Positions 33,354 through 43,632 of a stretch of 64,000 nt of DNA are shown one piece after another. Within the stretch, counting starts at the first letter, position 1; the number at the start of each line of letters is the position of its first letter. The notes beneath the pieces are model-generated. The model worked only from the letters and a program-made list of their open reading frames with translations. It was not told the DNA's origin and made no database searches. Origin of the DNA: an uncultured bacterium (GTDB taxonomy: Bacteria > Pseudomonadota > Gammaproteobacteria > Burkholderiales > JACQAP01); contig CBDDRM010000028.1 of assembly GCA_965233135.1 (NCBI GenBank), positions 28,765 through 92,764 of the forward strand, in the 5' to 3' direction. The position numbers were made by a program, and so were the translations under genes.

Positions 33354-35606
33354 CTATACCTTCAGAAGTTCCTGGCGACCCGCAAGCCAGCGCGCGAGAT
33401 GCAGTTCGGCGTGGTCCGCATGATCGCGCAGCAACTGTGGCGCAGCCGCGCGCGCGGCTTCCAGCAAGTCGATGTCCTTTTCCAGGTCGGCAAAGCGCAA
33501 CATCGGCACACCGCTTTGCCGCGCGCCGAGCAACTCACCGGGGCCTCGCAAGCGCAGATCCTGGCGCGCGATCTCGAAACCGTCGCTATGTTCGAACACG
33601 GCGCGAAGTCGCTCGCGCGCGGTTTGCGACAGCGGATTCTGGTAAAGCAGGATGCAAATGCTGCTCTGGCTGCCGCGCCCGACGCGCCCACGCAACTGAT
33701 GCAATTGCGACAGCCCCATGCGCTCTGCATGCTCGATTACCATTAGCGAAGCGTTGGGCACGTCGACGCCTACTTCAATCACAGTAGTGGCCACCAGCAG
33801 CTTGATGTCGTTGGCCTGGAAGGCCGCCATGACCGCGGCTTTCTCGTGCGACGGCATTCGACCATGCACCAGCCCGACTTTGAGCTCCGGAAACGTCGCG
33901 AGCATCTGCGCATGGGTATCCAGTGCCGTCTGCAACTGCAGTGTTTCGGATTCCTCGATCAACGGGCAGATCCAGTACGCCTGGCGCCCCGCCATGCAGG
34001 CATCGCGTACCCGCTGGATCACTTCGTCGCGCCGCGTGTCGGACACGAGCTTGGTCAGCACCGGCGTACGTCCGGGGGGAAGCTCGTCGATCACCGAGAC
34101 GTCGAGATCAGCGTAGTAGCTCATAGCCAGCGTGCGCGGGATCGGTGTCGCGCTCATCATCAGCTGATGCGGCTGAAGCGCGACGCCACCGCGCCCGGCG
34201 CCTTTCTGGCGCAGCGCCAGGCGCTGGTGCACGCCGAAACGATGCTGCTCATCGACGATTGCAAGTCCCAGTTTGCCGAACACGACGTCGTCCTGAAACA
34301 GCGCATGGGTCCCGGCGACGAGGGCGGCTTTCCCCGATGCGATGTCGGCGAGCGCTTGTTCGCGCTGTTTTCTGTTCAGACTGCCGGTCATCCACACCAC
34401 GTCGATATCGAGCGGCTCGAGCCAGGCGCTGAACTTGCGATAGTGCTGCTCGGCAAGGATCTCGGTCGGCGCCATGATGGCGGCCTGGTATCCGGACTCG
34501 ATCGCCTGCAGCGCCGCCAGCGCGGCGACGATGGTCTTGCCGCTCCCCACGTCGCCCTGCAGCAGGCGCTGCATCGGATGCGGCCGCGTCAGATCGGCGC
34601 GAATCTCCGCGAGCACGCGCGCCTGCGAGCGGGTGAGTTCGAACGGCAGCAGCGCAAACAACCTTTTGGCCAATACCGAATACTGCAAAAGCGGATGCGC
34701 GCGTACCCGGTTGCGCCTTTCATGATGCAGGCGCATCGACAATTGCTGCGCCAGCAGCTCGTCGAATTTCACGCGTCGCCAGGCCGCATGGCTGCCGTCG
34801 AGCAACGCTTGCGCATCGGCCTGCGGCGGCGGATGGTGCAGCAGCCGGATGGATTCATCGAACGGCAGCAACTTGAGTTTCTTGCGCAGGGGCTCGGGCA
34901 GCGCATCGGTCAGATCAACGCTCGCGAGTGCGCGCGCGGTGAGCTTGCGCAACACTTCCTGGCCCAGGCCTGCGGTGGTCGGATAGACCGGCGTCAAGGC
35001 GTCCGGCAGGGGCACTTCTCCGCGCAAGACCCGAAAACGCGGATGCACCATTTCGGCTCCGAAAAAGCCCTGCCGGATTTCTCCCAGCACCCGCACGCGC
35101 ACGCCGGGCGCGAGCGCATTCTTCTGACTCGGATAGAAATTGAAGAACCGCATCATCAGGCGGCCGCTGCCGTCGTCGATTTCGCATACGAGCTGGCGTC
35201 CGGGGCGATACTTGACGGTGGTTTCAACGACCGTGCCCTCGACCTGCACGGTGTCGCCCGACAAGGCCTCATGGATGCTCACCAGGCGCGTGGCATCTTC
35301 GTAGCGCAAAGGCAGATGGGTGATCAGGTCCGCGAGCGTGCGAATTCCCAAGCGCTCGAGCTTCTGCTGCACCAGAGGCGTCGCGAACGCCAGAGATCGG
35401 TCGCTCGCCGCTGAAACTGGCTCGGCCTGCCAGGCAGCCCGGCTTCGCCGCCGGGTCGTTCCGGCCGCCCGGTCGGTGGAACGGCGATCCAACTTTGCCT
35501 TCCTTTCGTCCAGTGGTGCCGTGACGCCGGAAGTCTTCCCGCGGCCTTCTCGCGCAAGCGTGCGGGCGCCGCGCCGGTCAGCGCCGCTCTTCGCTCCCCG
35601 CGTCAC
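33354..35606 (-). CDS. recG: ATP-dependent DNA helicase RecG (start uncertain)
   Basis: It has a wedge domain (HLPLRYED), helicase motifs (QGDVGSGKT, DEQHRFG, QLHQLRGRVGRG) and a C-terminal TRG region. The ORF-track GTG at 35678 would overlap ridA by 62 nt. An in-frame GTG at 35606 lies 11 nt after the ridA stop, so I used that one. Confidence 0.85.
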   Translation of the reverse strand: MTRGAKSGADRRGARTLAREGRGKTSGVTAPLDERKAKLDRRSTDRAAGTTRRRSRAAWQAEPVSAASDRSLAFATPLVQQKLERLGIRTLADLITHLPLRYEDATRLVSIHEALSGDTVQVEGTVVETTVKYRPGRQLVCEIDDGSGRLMMRFFNFYPSQKNALAPGVRVRVLGEIRQGFFGAEMVHPRFRVLRGEVPLPDALTPVYPTTAGLGQEVLRKLTARALASVDLTDALPEPLRKKLKLLPFDESIRLLHHPPPQADAQALLDGSHAAWRRVKFDELLAQQLSMRLHHERRNRVRAHPLLQYSVLAKRLFALLPFELTRSQARVLAEIRADLTRPHPMQRLLQGDVGSGKTIVAALAALQAIESGYQAAIMAPTEILAEQHYRKFSAWLEPLDIDVVWMTGSLNRKQREQALADIASGKAALVAGTHALFQDDVVFGKLGLAIVDEQHRFGVHQRLALRQKGAGRGGVALQPHQLMMSATPIPRTLAMSYYADLDVSVIDELPPGRTPVLTKLVSDTRRDEVIQRVRDACMAGRQAYWICPLIEESETLQLQTALDTHAQMLATFPELKVGLVHGRMPSHEKAAVMAAFQANDIKLLVATTVIEVGVDVPNASLMVIEHAERMGLSQLHQLRGRVGRGSQSSICILLYQNPLSQTARERLRAVFEHSDGFEIARQDLRLRGPGELLGARQSGVPMLRFADLEKDIDLLEAARAAAPQLLRDHADHAELHLARWLAGRQELLKV

Positions 35607-35616
35607 CTCGCGCGCC

Positions 35617-35997
35617 TCATTCCCGCACCAGGACGGCTTCGATTTCGACCAGCGCTCCGCGTGGCAGTTGCGCCGCACCGACTGCCGAGCGCGCCGGAAA
35701 CGGTGGCTTCAGATACTGCGCCATGATTTCGTTGAGCTTGGTGAAGTGCGCCAGGTCTGTCAGGAATACCGTCAGCTTGACCGCATCGTCGAGATTCGCG
35801 CCCGCTGCCGCGGCTACTGCCCGCAGATTCTGGAATACACGATGCACTTGCGCGTCGATGCCCTCCACCAGTTGCATCGAGAGGGGATCGAGGCCAATCT
35901 GGCCGGACAGGTAGATGGTCGTACCCGCCCTGATTGCCTGCGAGTAGGTGCCGATGGCCTGCGGGGCCTGCGCGGTCTGGATAGCCTGTTTGGTCAT
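35617..35997 (-). CDS. ridA: RidA/YjgF-family reactive-intermediate deaminase
   Basis: The ATG at 35997 gives 126 aa, [22 protein letters not shown]...[10 protein letters not shown]...[22 protein letters not shown]. The rest of ORF 35617..36348 is an upstream extension artefact. Confidence 0.85.
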   Translation of the reverse strand: MTKQAIQTAQAPQAIGTYSQAIRAGTTIYLSGQIGLDPLSMQLVEGIDAQVHRVFQNLRAVAAAAGANLDDAVKLTVFLTDLAHFTKLNEIMAQYLKPPFPARSAVGAAQLPRGALVEIEAVLVRE

Positions 35998-36226
35998 GGC
36001 TTCTCTCCGGGTATAGAATGTTGCGCCAGCAACCAGGGCCATTTCTGAAGGGCCCTGTATCCGACGATAATAACCGAACGCGGTTCGCCGACCTTGCCCC
36101 CCCTGTTCGTCCCCAATGCGTTGATCGATCGTCGCAAATGGCCGTTGCGGCAGCTTGCCGGCATCCGCGGCGAGCGGCCGGCGCCCGTGGAGGCGCAGCC
36201 CGCGATGCCGGCAATCAGAAAAAAAA

Positions 36227-38113
36227 ATGAGTTCCAACGGCAACGGACCTGAAAAAGCAGGCGTCGCGTCGCTGACAGTAGCCGCCATCGGCATCGTCTT
36301 CGGCGATATCGGTACGAGCCCGCTGTATGCAATGCGCGAAGCGTTCAATGGCAGTCATCCGGTCGCGGCGAACCATGACAACGTACTGGGCGTGCTGTCG
36401 CTGATTTGCTGGTCGCTGCTGATCGTGGTCACGCTCAAGTACGTCGTGTTCATGATGCGCGCGGATAACCGCGGCGAAGGCGGCATCATGGCATTGCTCG
36501 CGCTGGTGTTGCGCGCGACGACGAACAACACGCGCGGGCGCTTGGCTCTGATGTCGCTGGGCCTGTTCGGCGCGGCGCTGTTCTACGGCGACGGGGTCAT
36601 CACCCCGGCCATCTCTGTGCTTTCGGCGGTGGAAGGGCTCGAAGTCGCCACCCCGGCCCTGAAGCCCTATGTCGTTCCGATCACCATCCTGGTCCTGATC
36701 GGACTGTTCCTGTTTCAGCAGAAAGGCACCGAAATGGTCGGCGCGCTGTTCGGTCCGATCACGATCGTCTGGTTCGCCGTGCTCGGCGTGCTGGGCATTG
36801 TCAATATCATCGATTATCCGCACGTGCTGGCCGCAATCTCGCCGCGCTATGCGGTGGCGTTTTTTGCGGAGAATGCAGCGGGAGGCTTCCTCGTGCTCGG
36901 CGCAGTCGTTCTGGCGATCACCGGGACCGAAGCGCTCTATGCGGACATGGGACACTTCGGCAAGAAGCCCATTCGTCTGGCGTGGGCGTACTTTGTGCTG
37001 CCGGCGTTGCTGCTGAATTATTTTGGCCAGGGCGCGCTGATCCTGCACGACAAGCAAGCCGTCGAACATCCTTTCTACCACATGGCGCCCGAATGGGCTT
37101 TGTATCCGATGGTCATGCTCGCCACCATGGCAACCGTGATCGCCTCCCAGGCCGTCATTTCCGGCACCTATTCGTTGACCCGGCAGGCGATCCAGCTCGG
37201 CTACTGCCCGCGACTCGAAGTCACGCATACCTCGGAGAGCGAGATCGGACAAATCTACATGCCCTGGATCAACTGGGTCATGCTGGCCGCGGTGATCGGG
37301 CTGGTGCTCGGCTTCGGCTCTTCGAGCAAACTCGCCGGCGCCTACGGCATCGCCGTCACCGGCACGATGGTCATCGATACGATTCTGGCCTTTGTCCTGA
37401 TGCGCAGACTCTGGCGCTGGCCCCTTTGGATCGCGCTGCCATTGCTGCTCGTATTTCTTGCCATCGACCTGTCGTTTTTCAGTGCGAACGCCGTCAAGCT
37501 GATCGATGGTGGCTGGATTCCGATAGTCATTGCCGTTGGCTTGTTCGTACTGCTGATCACCTGGAAACGCGGTCGAAAGTTGCTCATGGAAAGGCTTTCG
37601 CCGGGCGCCATTCCGATCGAACCTTTCATCCAGAGCGTCACAATGCATCCGCCGACGCGTGTTGCCGGCACGGCCGTGTTCTTGACCGCGGCGGCCGAAG
37701 GCGTGCCGCATGCGCTGCTGCACAACTTGAATCACAACAAAGTGCTTCACGAGCGCATCGTGCTACTCACGGTCAGTGTCAGCGACATCCCCCATGTGGC
37801 CGACGAAGACCGCATCGAAGTCATTCCGTTGGGAACGGAGTTCTATCGCGTGCTGGTGCACTACGGTTTCAAGGACGAGCCCGATGTGCCGCGCGCGCTC
37901 GAGCTGGCCGAACCCAAGGGCCTGAAGTTCCGTATGATGGAGACGTCGTATTTCGTCAGCCGGCAAACGCTCATACCCAAAGTCGGTCCCGGCATGGCGT
38001 TATGGCAGGAGAAACTGTTTGCGCTAATGTCGCGCAATGCTTCCAGCGCGACAACTTTTTTCAAGATTCCGGCGAACCGGGTGGTAGAGCTCGGCACCCG
38101 CATCGAGTTATAA
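36227..38113 (+). CDS. kup: KUP/HAK/KT potassium uptake transporter
   Basis: The ATG at 36227 gives 628 aa, with [29 protein letters not shown] and a cytoplasmic C-terminal domain. Confidence 0.9.
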   Translation: MSSNGNGPEKAGVASLTVAAIGIVFGDIGTSPLYAMREAFNGSHPVAANHDNVLGVLSLICWSLLIVVTLKYVVFMMRADNRGEGGIMALLALVLRATTNNTRGRLALMSLGLFGAALFYGDGVITPAISVLSAVEGLEVATPALKPYVVPITILVLIGLFLFQQKGTEMVGALFGPITIVWFAVLGVLGIVNIIDYPHVLAAISPRYAVAFFAENAAGGFLVLGAVVLAITGTEALYADMGHFGKKPIRLAWAYFVLPALLLNYFGQGALILHDKQAVEHPFYHMAPEWALYPMVMLATMATVIASQAVISGTYSLTRQAIQLGYCPRLEVTHTSESEIGQIYMPWINWVMLAAVIGLVLGFGSSSKLAGAYGIAVTGTMVIDTILAFVLMRRLWRWPLWIALPLLLVFLAIDLSFFSANAVKLIDGGWIPIVIAVGLFVLLITWKRGRKLLMERLSPGAIPIEPFIQSVTMHPPTRVAGTAVFLTAAAEGVPHALLHNLNHNKVLHERIVLLTVSVSDIPHVADEDRIEVIPLGTEFYRVLVHYGFKDEPDVPRALELAEPKGLKFRMMETSYFVSRQTLIPKVGPGMALWQEKLFALMSRNASSATTFFKIPANRVVELGTRIEL

Positions 38114-38133
38114 ACAATGATGGGCTGGCTATC

Positions 38134-38466
38134 GTGGATTCGCGGTCGGTCATTTCCAATCTCGAAGTACTGCTCACCCAGGGCAAGGAATCGGCGTTGC
38201 TCCGGTTCAGCCTGGGCAATGAGTACTTGAAGCTGCGCGAGGTCTGGGTAGCGGTGTTCCATCTGAAGCGTGCGCTGGAGCTCGATCCGGATTATTCCGC
38301 GGCCTGGAAGCTGCTTGCGCAGGCCCTTACCGAAGGCGGCGTGCTCAACGAAGCTCTGGATACGTATCGGCGCGGCATCGAGACGGCGCAGCGCCGCGGC
38401 GATCAGCAAGCCGCCAGGGAAATGACGGTCTTTGCCCGCCGCCTCGAAAAGCAGCTTGCCTCTTGA
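38134..38466 (+). CDS. Small TPR-like protein (about 110 aa)
   Basis: This is the last third of ORF 36982..38466, which is otherwise a shadow of kup. From the GTG at 38134 it reads LEVLLTQGKESALLRFSLGNEYLKLREVWVAVFHLKRALELDPDYSAAWKLLAQAL...ALDTYRRGIE, a TPR-like helical repeat pattern. The start is uncertain. Confidence 0.45.
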   Translation: MDSRSVISNLEVLLTQGKESALLRFSLGNEYLKLREVWVAVFHLKRALELDPDYSAAWKLLAQALTEGGVLNEALDTYRRGIETAQRRGDQQAAREMTVFARRLEKQLAS

Positions 38467-39301
38467 TTCGCCGCAGGCAGCGGACTGGCCCATTCACGGC
38501 GTGGACTTCACGAGCCGTCCGCGGCGGCGTAAGCCCATCACCATCGCCAGCGGCCGTTTGCAGTCCCTCGTGTTCCAGCTCTACACGGTTGAAGAATGTG
38601 CCGACTGGGCGGGTTTCGAGCACTGGCTCGCGCGACCGGGGCCATGGATCGCCGGTTTCGATTTTCCGTTCGGTCTGCCCAGAGAAGCGGTTTGCGAACT
38701 GGGTTTGCCCGCCCGGTACGCGCAACTCGCTCGTCATTGCGCGCGACTGGGCCGCGAGGACTTCCGCACCCTGCTCGATGGGTACCGGGAGAAACGGCCG
38801 AGTGGCAGTCGCTATGCACATCGTGCCACCGATCGCCCCGCCAAGTCGCACAGCCCGCTCAAGCTGGTGAATCCGCCAGTCGGACTCATGTTTCTCGAAG
38901 GCGTGCCGCGGCTGCTGGCGGCGGGGGTCAGCCTGCCCGGCCTGCATCGCGCCGACCCGCAGCGCATCGCGCTCGAAGCCTATCCGGGGTTTGTTGCGCG
39001 CCAGATGGGAGTCGGCTCGTACAAGAACGACGCGCCGGCCAAGCAAACACCCGCACGCAAGCTCGCGCGCGCCCGCCTGGTGAACGCCCTGACGACCCGC
39101 GGTAATCCATTCGGTTTCACGCTGGCGGGATCGGCCCGGCTGATGCAGTCGCTCGTAGCCGATGCCGGCGCAGACCGGCTCGACGCCGTGTTGTGCGCCA
39201 TGCAGGCGGCCTGGGCCTGGCAGCGGCGCGAGCACAACTATGGACTGCCGAGCCGGATCGATCCGCTGGAGGGGTGGATTGCGATGGTGCCGCAGGACTG
39301 A
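38432..39301 (+). CDS. DUF429-like hypothetical protein (RNase H-like fold family)
   Basis: 289-aa ORF with an N-terminal IHGVDFTS and LEAYPGFVARQMGVGSYKND...RARLVNAL, resembling the DUF429 pattern. It overlaps the TPR gene by 35 nt. Confidence 0.5.
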   Translation: MPAASKSSLPLDSPQAADWPIHGVDFTSRPRRRKPITIASGRLQSLVFQLYTVEECADWAGFEHWLARPGPWIAGFDFPFGLPREAVCELGLPARYAQLARHCARLGREDFRTLLDGYREKRPSGSRYAHRATDRPAKSHSPLKLVNPPVGLMFLEGVPRLLAAGVSLPGLHRADPQRIALEAYPGFVARQMGVGSYKNDAPAKQTPARKLARARLVNALTTRGNPFGFTLAGSARLMQSLVADAGADRLDAVLCAMQAAWAWQRREHNYGLPSRIDPLEGWIAMVPQD

Positions 39302-39334
39302 TCTGCTGCGCGCGCCGTTCGCTGACCAAATACA

Positions 39335-39358
39335 AAAGCCACCGCGAGAGGTGGCTTT
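39335..39358. terminator. Bidirectional hairpin terminator between the DUF429 gene and tRNA-Ala
   Basis: aaagccacc gcgaga ggtggcttt. The pairing extends, with one bulge, to accaaataca/tgtatttggt (39326-39369). T-rich sequence follows on both strands. Confidence 0.55.
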
Positions 39359-39365
39359 ATGTATT

Positions 39366-39441
<76 letters not shown>

Positions 39442-39563
39442 GGTAGTCGTTGGCTAAACTGTGTTCCTGCCGCGTCTGCGACGCCAGCACGCAACGTCAT
39501 TACAGTATTCGCATTGCGCGGCGTTATTATACTGAAAACAACAGTATCGAAATCGAGCCTGCC

Positions 39564-40328
39564 ATGAAAATCAGTCCGCCGCTGGGATACGGACAGATCA
39601 CGCCGCTGCGCAAAAGCCATAAGGTCATATTGCCGCGCGCGGAGGAGACACCGTCGGTTTTCCACCGCTTGCACCTGATGCCGGTAAGCCTTTCGGAGTT
39701 CGAGGAAGCGTGCCGCGACTACCCCATCGTGTTCGTCACCAGCGATGGGGGCCAGACTTACAACGCGGTGCTGGTGCTAGGGCTGCAGGCCAAGCAGAAC
39801 CTGTTCATCCTGACCGACGGTATGTGGGATCGGCGCGCGTACTTGCCGGCCTATGTGCGCCGCTACCCGTTTTGCATGAGCCGCGTCACCGTCGACGGCA
39901 AGCCGCAGCAGGAGCGAATCGTGTGCATCGCCGAAAACGCCCTGCACGAATCAGGCGAGGCCTTGTACGACGGCAACGGTAAAGCGCTTGCGCAGTGGGT
40001 GCTGTTGGAAAAACTGATTTTCGACTACGAACAGGATCTGGTGCGCGCAGAGTCGCTGTGTCAGCAGCTGGCAGACATGCGCCTGCTGGAATCATTCACC
40101 ATGAAAGCCGAGGTGGACGGATTCACCATGCAGCTCGAGGGCATGCACCGGATTTCGCGAGCAGCTCTCGAGGCGTTGCCCGCAGAGCGACTGGAGCGGC
40201 TGATGACGGCCGGGGCGCTGGAGAAGATCTACTCGCACCTGCTTTCACTGGACAATTTCCGGCGCCTGCTGAACCGGCGCAGTTTTTTCGCCGTCAAACC
40301 GCCGGAAAAGCAACGCGACTTCAACTAG
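39564..40328 (+). CDS. SapC-family protein
   Basis: The ATG at 39564 gives 254 aa. YPIVFV...VLVLGL...NLF...[14 protein letters not shown] resembles the SapC (PF07277) pattern. The function of this family is unknown. Confidence 0.65.
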   Translation: MKISPPLGYGQITPLRKSHKVILPRAEETPSVFHRLHLMPVSLSEFEEACRDYPIVFVTSDGGQTYNAVLVLGLQAKQNLFILTDGMWDRRAYLPAYVRRYPFCMSRVTVDGKPQQERIVCIAENALHESGEALYDGNGKALAQWVLLEKLIFDYEQDLVRAESLCQQLADMRLLESFTMKAEVDGFTMQLEGMHRISRAALEALPAERLERLMTAGALEKIYSHLLSLDNFRRLLNRRSFFAVKPPEKQRDFN

Positions 40329-41104
40329 CGGCTGCGGTAAGCCCATAACAGCATTGCGATGCCGCCCAGGGCCATGGGCACGCTGAGCCATTGGCCCATC
40401 GTCAGTCCCAAGGCGAGCAGCCCGAGGAAGCTGTCCGGTTCGCGACTGAATTCGACCGCGAAGCGCAGCGTGCCGTAACCGAGCAGGAATACGCCGGAGA
40501 TCGCGCCCACGGGTCGCGGCCTGCGCGAAAACCACCACAACAGCGCAAACAGCACGAGGCCTTCGAGCGCAAACTCATACAGCTGTGATGGATGGCGGGG
40601 CAAATTGTCGATATTGGGAAATATCATGGCCCACGGCAAGTCCGTCGGCCGGCCCCACAACTCCGCGTTGATGAAATTGCCGAACCGGCCGGCGCCCAGT
40701 CCGAGTGGGACCAGCGGGGCGATGAAATCCGTGATGGCCAGCCAGTTTTTTGTACGCGAATGCGCGAACCATGCCATTGCAAGGATCACGCCGAGAAAAC
40801 CGCCGTGAAACGACATGCCTCCTTCCCACACGTAGAAAACATGCATCGGCTCGCGCAAATAATCGCCGAACTTGTAGAACAGGATGTATCCCAGCCTTCC
40901 GCCGATGACCACGCCGAGCACGCCCAGAAACAGCATGTCGTCGAGATCGCGCCGGGTCAGTCCAAGCCACGGCTGCTTTCTGATGCGATAGCGCCCCAAT
41001 ACCAGCACCAGCACGAAAGCGAGCAGATACATCAGGCCGTACCAGCGAACGCTCAGCGGTCCGATGTGCAGGGCGACGGGATCGAATTGCGGATGAATGA
41101 GCAT
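40325..41104 (-). CDS. lgt: Prolipoprotein diacylglyceryl transferase
   Basis: 259 aa with [37 protein letters not shown] and HPSQLYE. Confidence 0.92.
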   Translation of the reverse strand: MLIHPQFDPVALHIGPLSVRWYGLMYLLAFVLVLVLGRYRIRKQPWLGLTRRDLDDMLFLGVLGVVIGGRLGYILFYKFGDYLREPMHVFYVWEGGMSFHGGFLGVILAMAWFAHSRTKNWLAITDFIAPLVPLGLGAGRFGNFINAELWGRPTDLPWAMIFPNIDNLPRHPSQLYEFALEGLVLFALLWWFSRRPRPVGAISGVFLLGYGTLRFAVEFSREPDSFLGLLALGLTMGQWLSVPMALGGIAMLLWAYRSR

Positions 41105-41126
41105 GGGGGCGGATTATACGTGCGCT

Positions 41127-41822
41127 TCAGGGCACGGCGGCCTGATACATGCGCTCGAGGATGATGGCGGTACGCCGTTCGAGCAGGGGGGTTTGGCGCA
41201 CCTTGTCGTAAAACCGCGGCTTGGGAACCATCGCCGCAAGCCGGGCTGCCTGTTCGGGCGTGAGATTTGCGGCATTGGTGGCAAAATAATGGCGCGCCGC
41301 GGCCTGCGCGCCGAACACGCCGTTGCCCCATTCGATGATATTCAGATAAATCTCGAATATGCGCCGCTTCGACATCAGATTTTCGATCATCAGCGTGATC
41401 AGGGCCTCCTCTGCCTTGCGCCAGGGCGTGCGGCGGCTGGACAGAAACAGATTCTTGGCCAATTGTTGACTGATGGTCGAGCCGCCGGCCACGACCCTGC
41501 CTTTTTTCAGATTCTTCTCATAGGCTTTCTGGATCGCTTCCCAATCAAATCCGTCGTGATCCAGAAACTTGGCGTCCTCCGCAACGATCAGCGCACGCTT
41601 CAGATGAATCGAAATGCGCTCGTAAGGAACCCATTGATGGCGCAGTACGGCGCGCTGATTGCGTTGCCGCATCACGTCGAGGCGCTCTTCCATGAACGCC
41701 GTTGTCGACGGATTGAACCAGTTCCACCAGACCACGTTGCCAAGGATCCAGAACTGATAAACCACCACGGCCGCGATCAGCAGCAACAGGCCGCGCGCGA
41801 TCCAGCGCAAGGCGCGCTTCAT
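41127..41822 (-). CDS. mtgA: Monofunctional biosynthetic peptidoglycan transglycosylase
   Basis: 231 aa with an N-terminal TM segment and the GT51 motifs AEDAKFLDHDGFD, GGSTISQQLAKN and RIFEIYLNIIEWG. Confidence 0.92.
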   Translation of the reverse strand: MKRALRWIARGLLLLIAAVVVYQFWILGNVVWWNWFNPSTTAFMEERLDVMRQRNQRAVLRHQWVPYERISIHLKRALIVAEDAKFLDHDGFDWEAIQKAYEKNLKKGRVVAGGSTISQQLAKNLFLSSRRTPWRKAEEALITLMIENLMSKRRIFEIYLNIIEWGNGVFGAQAAARHYFATNAANLTPEQAARLAAMVPKPRFYDKVRQTPLLERRTAIILERMYQAAVP

Positions 41823-41826
41823 CGGC

Positions 41827-42654
41827 TCACGAACTGCGCAAAGCGGCGATAACGGGCGCCGTTTCGGGACGCACGCCGCGCCACAGCAGAAATGATTCGG
41901 CTGCCTGTTCTACCAGCATGCCGAGCCCGTCGGCCGTGCGTGCGCCCTGCGCCGCGGCGAATTCGAGAAACGGTGCGGCCGCCGGCCCATACATCAAGTC
42001 GTAGGCCAGCGCGTGCGGCGCAAACGACGCAGCCGGCAGAGGCAGCCGCGCTCCATTCAGGCCCGAAGACGTTGCATTGATCACCAGATCGAAGCGATGT
42101 CCGGCAAGCTCCCCGAGGGGCAAGGCGCGGAGCACGGTCGCGCTCGCCGACGGAAGGTGACGAAAAGTTTCGGCCAGGTGCAATGCCTTGTCCAGAGTTC
42201 GGTTGGCAATCGTCAGCAGGCTCGGGCCGAATTCGAGGATCGGCGCCAGCACGCCTCGCGCAGCCCCGCCCGCCCCCAGGATCAACACCCGCCGGCCCGC
42301 CAGCGCAAAACCCTGGTTGTGCACGATATCGCGCGTGAGTCCGACGCCGTCGGTATTGTCGGCGCGGATCCGGCTGCCTTCAAAATGCAGAAAATTCGCT
42401 GCGCCCGCCTCTCTGGCGCGTTGCGAGACATCGTCCGCCAGGGCGAAAGCCTCGAGCTTGAAGGGTACCGTGACGTTGACGCCGCGACCTCCGGCTGCCC
42501 GAAAAGCGGCCAGCGTCTCGCGCAACGCATCCAGCGGCGCAAGCAGCCTGGTGTACGCCATATCCTGACCACTCTGGCGGGCGAACGCGGCATGGATGTC
42601 GGGCGATTTGCTGTGCGCGACCGGATTTCCCACGACGGCATAGCGATCGGTCAT
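41827..42654 (-). CDS. aroE: Shikimate dehydrogenase
   Basis: 275 aa with YAVVGNPVAHSKSP, NVTVPFK, NTDGVG and GAGGAARG. Confidence 0.9.
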   Translation of the reverse strand: MTDRYAVVGNPVAHSKSPDIHAAFARQSGQDMAYTRLLAPLDALRETLAAFRAAGGRGVNVTVPFKLEAFALADDVSQRAREAGAANFLHFEGSRIRADNTDGVGLTRDIVHNQGFALAGRRVLILGAGGAARGVLAPILEFGPSLLTIANRTLDKALHLAETFRHLPSASATVLRALPLGELAGHRFDLVINATSSGLNGARLPLPAASFAPHALAYDLMYGPAAAPFLEFAAAQGARTADGLGMLVEQAAESFLLWRGVRPETAPVIAALRSS

Positions 42655-43577
42655 GGATTGGCCAGCACTTCCAGATCGCTGCGGGTGTACATGAAAGTAC
42701 GCGAGATGCTCAGGATATCGAAGTCCTTTCGCACCGACGCGGGAAAAGGCGGAAACGGGCCGGCCAGATCCACCGCGCGCCGGGCCGCCGTATCGAGCAG
42801 CCGGTGCCCGGAGGAGCGGTCGACTTCGATTTTCTCGACGCTGCCATCAGCGCGAATATGCACCGTCATCACCAACGAACCGTAGAGTTGACGGCGTCTG
42901 GCTTCGTCCGGGAAATACTGAGTGCCGATTTTTTCGATGCGCTGGCGCCAGCGGTCGACGTATTCCGCATAGACCACGCCTTCGGTCCGCGCACCGATAA
43001 ACTTGCGCCGCGGCAGCTTCTGGTATTCGTCCCACTCCTTGGCGATCTGCGCCTCCAGTTGGGCGATGCGCTGGCGCTGCTGTTCGGCCGCCGGATCTTG
43101 CAACAGCGCCTCGCGCGGCAACTGGGGAGCGGGCTGCAGCGTGTCCGCTACCGCCAGTTCGCCTTGGGCCAGTTGCAGCAGGCGTTTGGCTTCCTGCTCC
43201 AGCTGATGCACCTGTTTCGACGCAAGCCTTACGTCTGGAGCGGGCGGCTGATCATGCAGCTTGGGCAGGGGCACCTTGGCGCGCCGGTCAGCAGGCGTAT
43301 TACCGCCGCCATCCAGGCTTGCCTGCGCGAGCGCATCGGCCTTGAGCGGCTTGGAAGCGGACTTCGAATTGACCAGCACGACATCCAGATGCGGCTCGAA
43401 TCGGTTCGCCTTGAATTCGGGCGGCACGAACGTAATCAGCAGGACGACGGCGTGCAGTACGACCGAAATGGCAAGGGTAATCGGCAGAATGTCGCCCGAG
43501 GCGGGCGGCGGAGGGACGGTGAGGCCCGCAGCAAGGCTGCCTCGTGGGGAGAATGCGCTAATCGAAGTGTCCGGCAA
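42651..43577 (-). CDS. TonB C-terminal-domain protein with a coiled-coil linker
   Basis: 308 aa with a TTG start, one TM segment (ITLAISVVLHAVVLLITFV), a Gln/Ala-rich linker and a C-terminal GSLVMTVHIRADGSVEKIEVDRSSGHRLLDTAARRAV. Its stop overlaps the aroE start (ATGA). Confidence 0.7.
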   Translation of the reverse strand: MPDTSISAFSPRGSLAAGLTVPPPPASGDILPITLAISVVLHAVVLLITFVPPEFKANRFEPHLDVVLVNSKSASKPLKADALAQASLDGGGNTPADRRAKVPLPKLHDQPPAPDVRLASKQVHQLEQEAKRLLQLAQGELAVADTLQPAPQLPREALLQDPAAEQQRQRIAQLEAQIAKEWDEYQKLPRRKFIGARTEGVVYAEYVDRWRQRIEKIGTQYFPDEARRRQLYGSLVMTVHIRADGSVEKIEVDRSSGHRLLDTAARRAVDLAGPFPPFPASVRKDFDILSISRTFMYTRSDLEVLANP

Positions 43578-43632
43578 ATGTGCCTTGCAGCTATGGAGCC
43601 AACCCGGATTCTAAATAACTACGGCGTGACTG

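Noticed and set aside
33846-35414. Very long ORFs antisense to real genes. Examples are 33846..35414(+) opposite recG, 36215..37750(-) opposite kup, 47697..48965(+) opposite mpl, 57971..59050(+) opposite the cyclase, 14510..15619(-) opposite dusB, 16266..17561(-) opposite purH, 17827..18915(-) opposite purD, 51624..52601(-) opposite ttcA and 52957..53922(-) opposite the aminotransferase.
   Set aside because: Their translations are Arg/Ala/Gly/His-rich low-complexity sequence with no recognisable motifs. In each case the opposite strand carries a gene with clear family signatures. Such shadow ORFs are expected at this GC content because stop codons are rare.
36219-36229. A run of nine A residues ending in the kup start codon, considered as a possible phase-variable tract.
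   Set aside because: The tract lies upstream of the coding frame, with only its last A in the ATG. It is short for slipped-strand switching, and I have no comparative evidence of length variation.
36982-38133. The 494-aa ORF 36982..38466 overlapping kup in another frame.
   Set aside because: The first roughly 380 codons are a frame-shifted shadow of kup, giving Arg/His/Ala-rich nonsense. Only the part after the kup stop (38134..38466) reads like a real, TPR-like protein.
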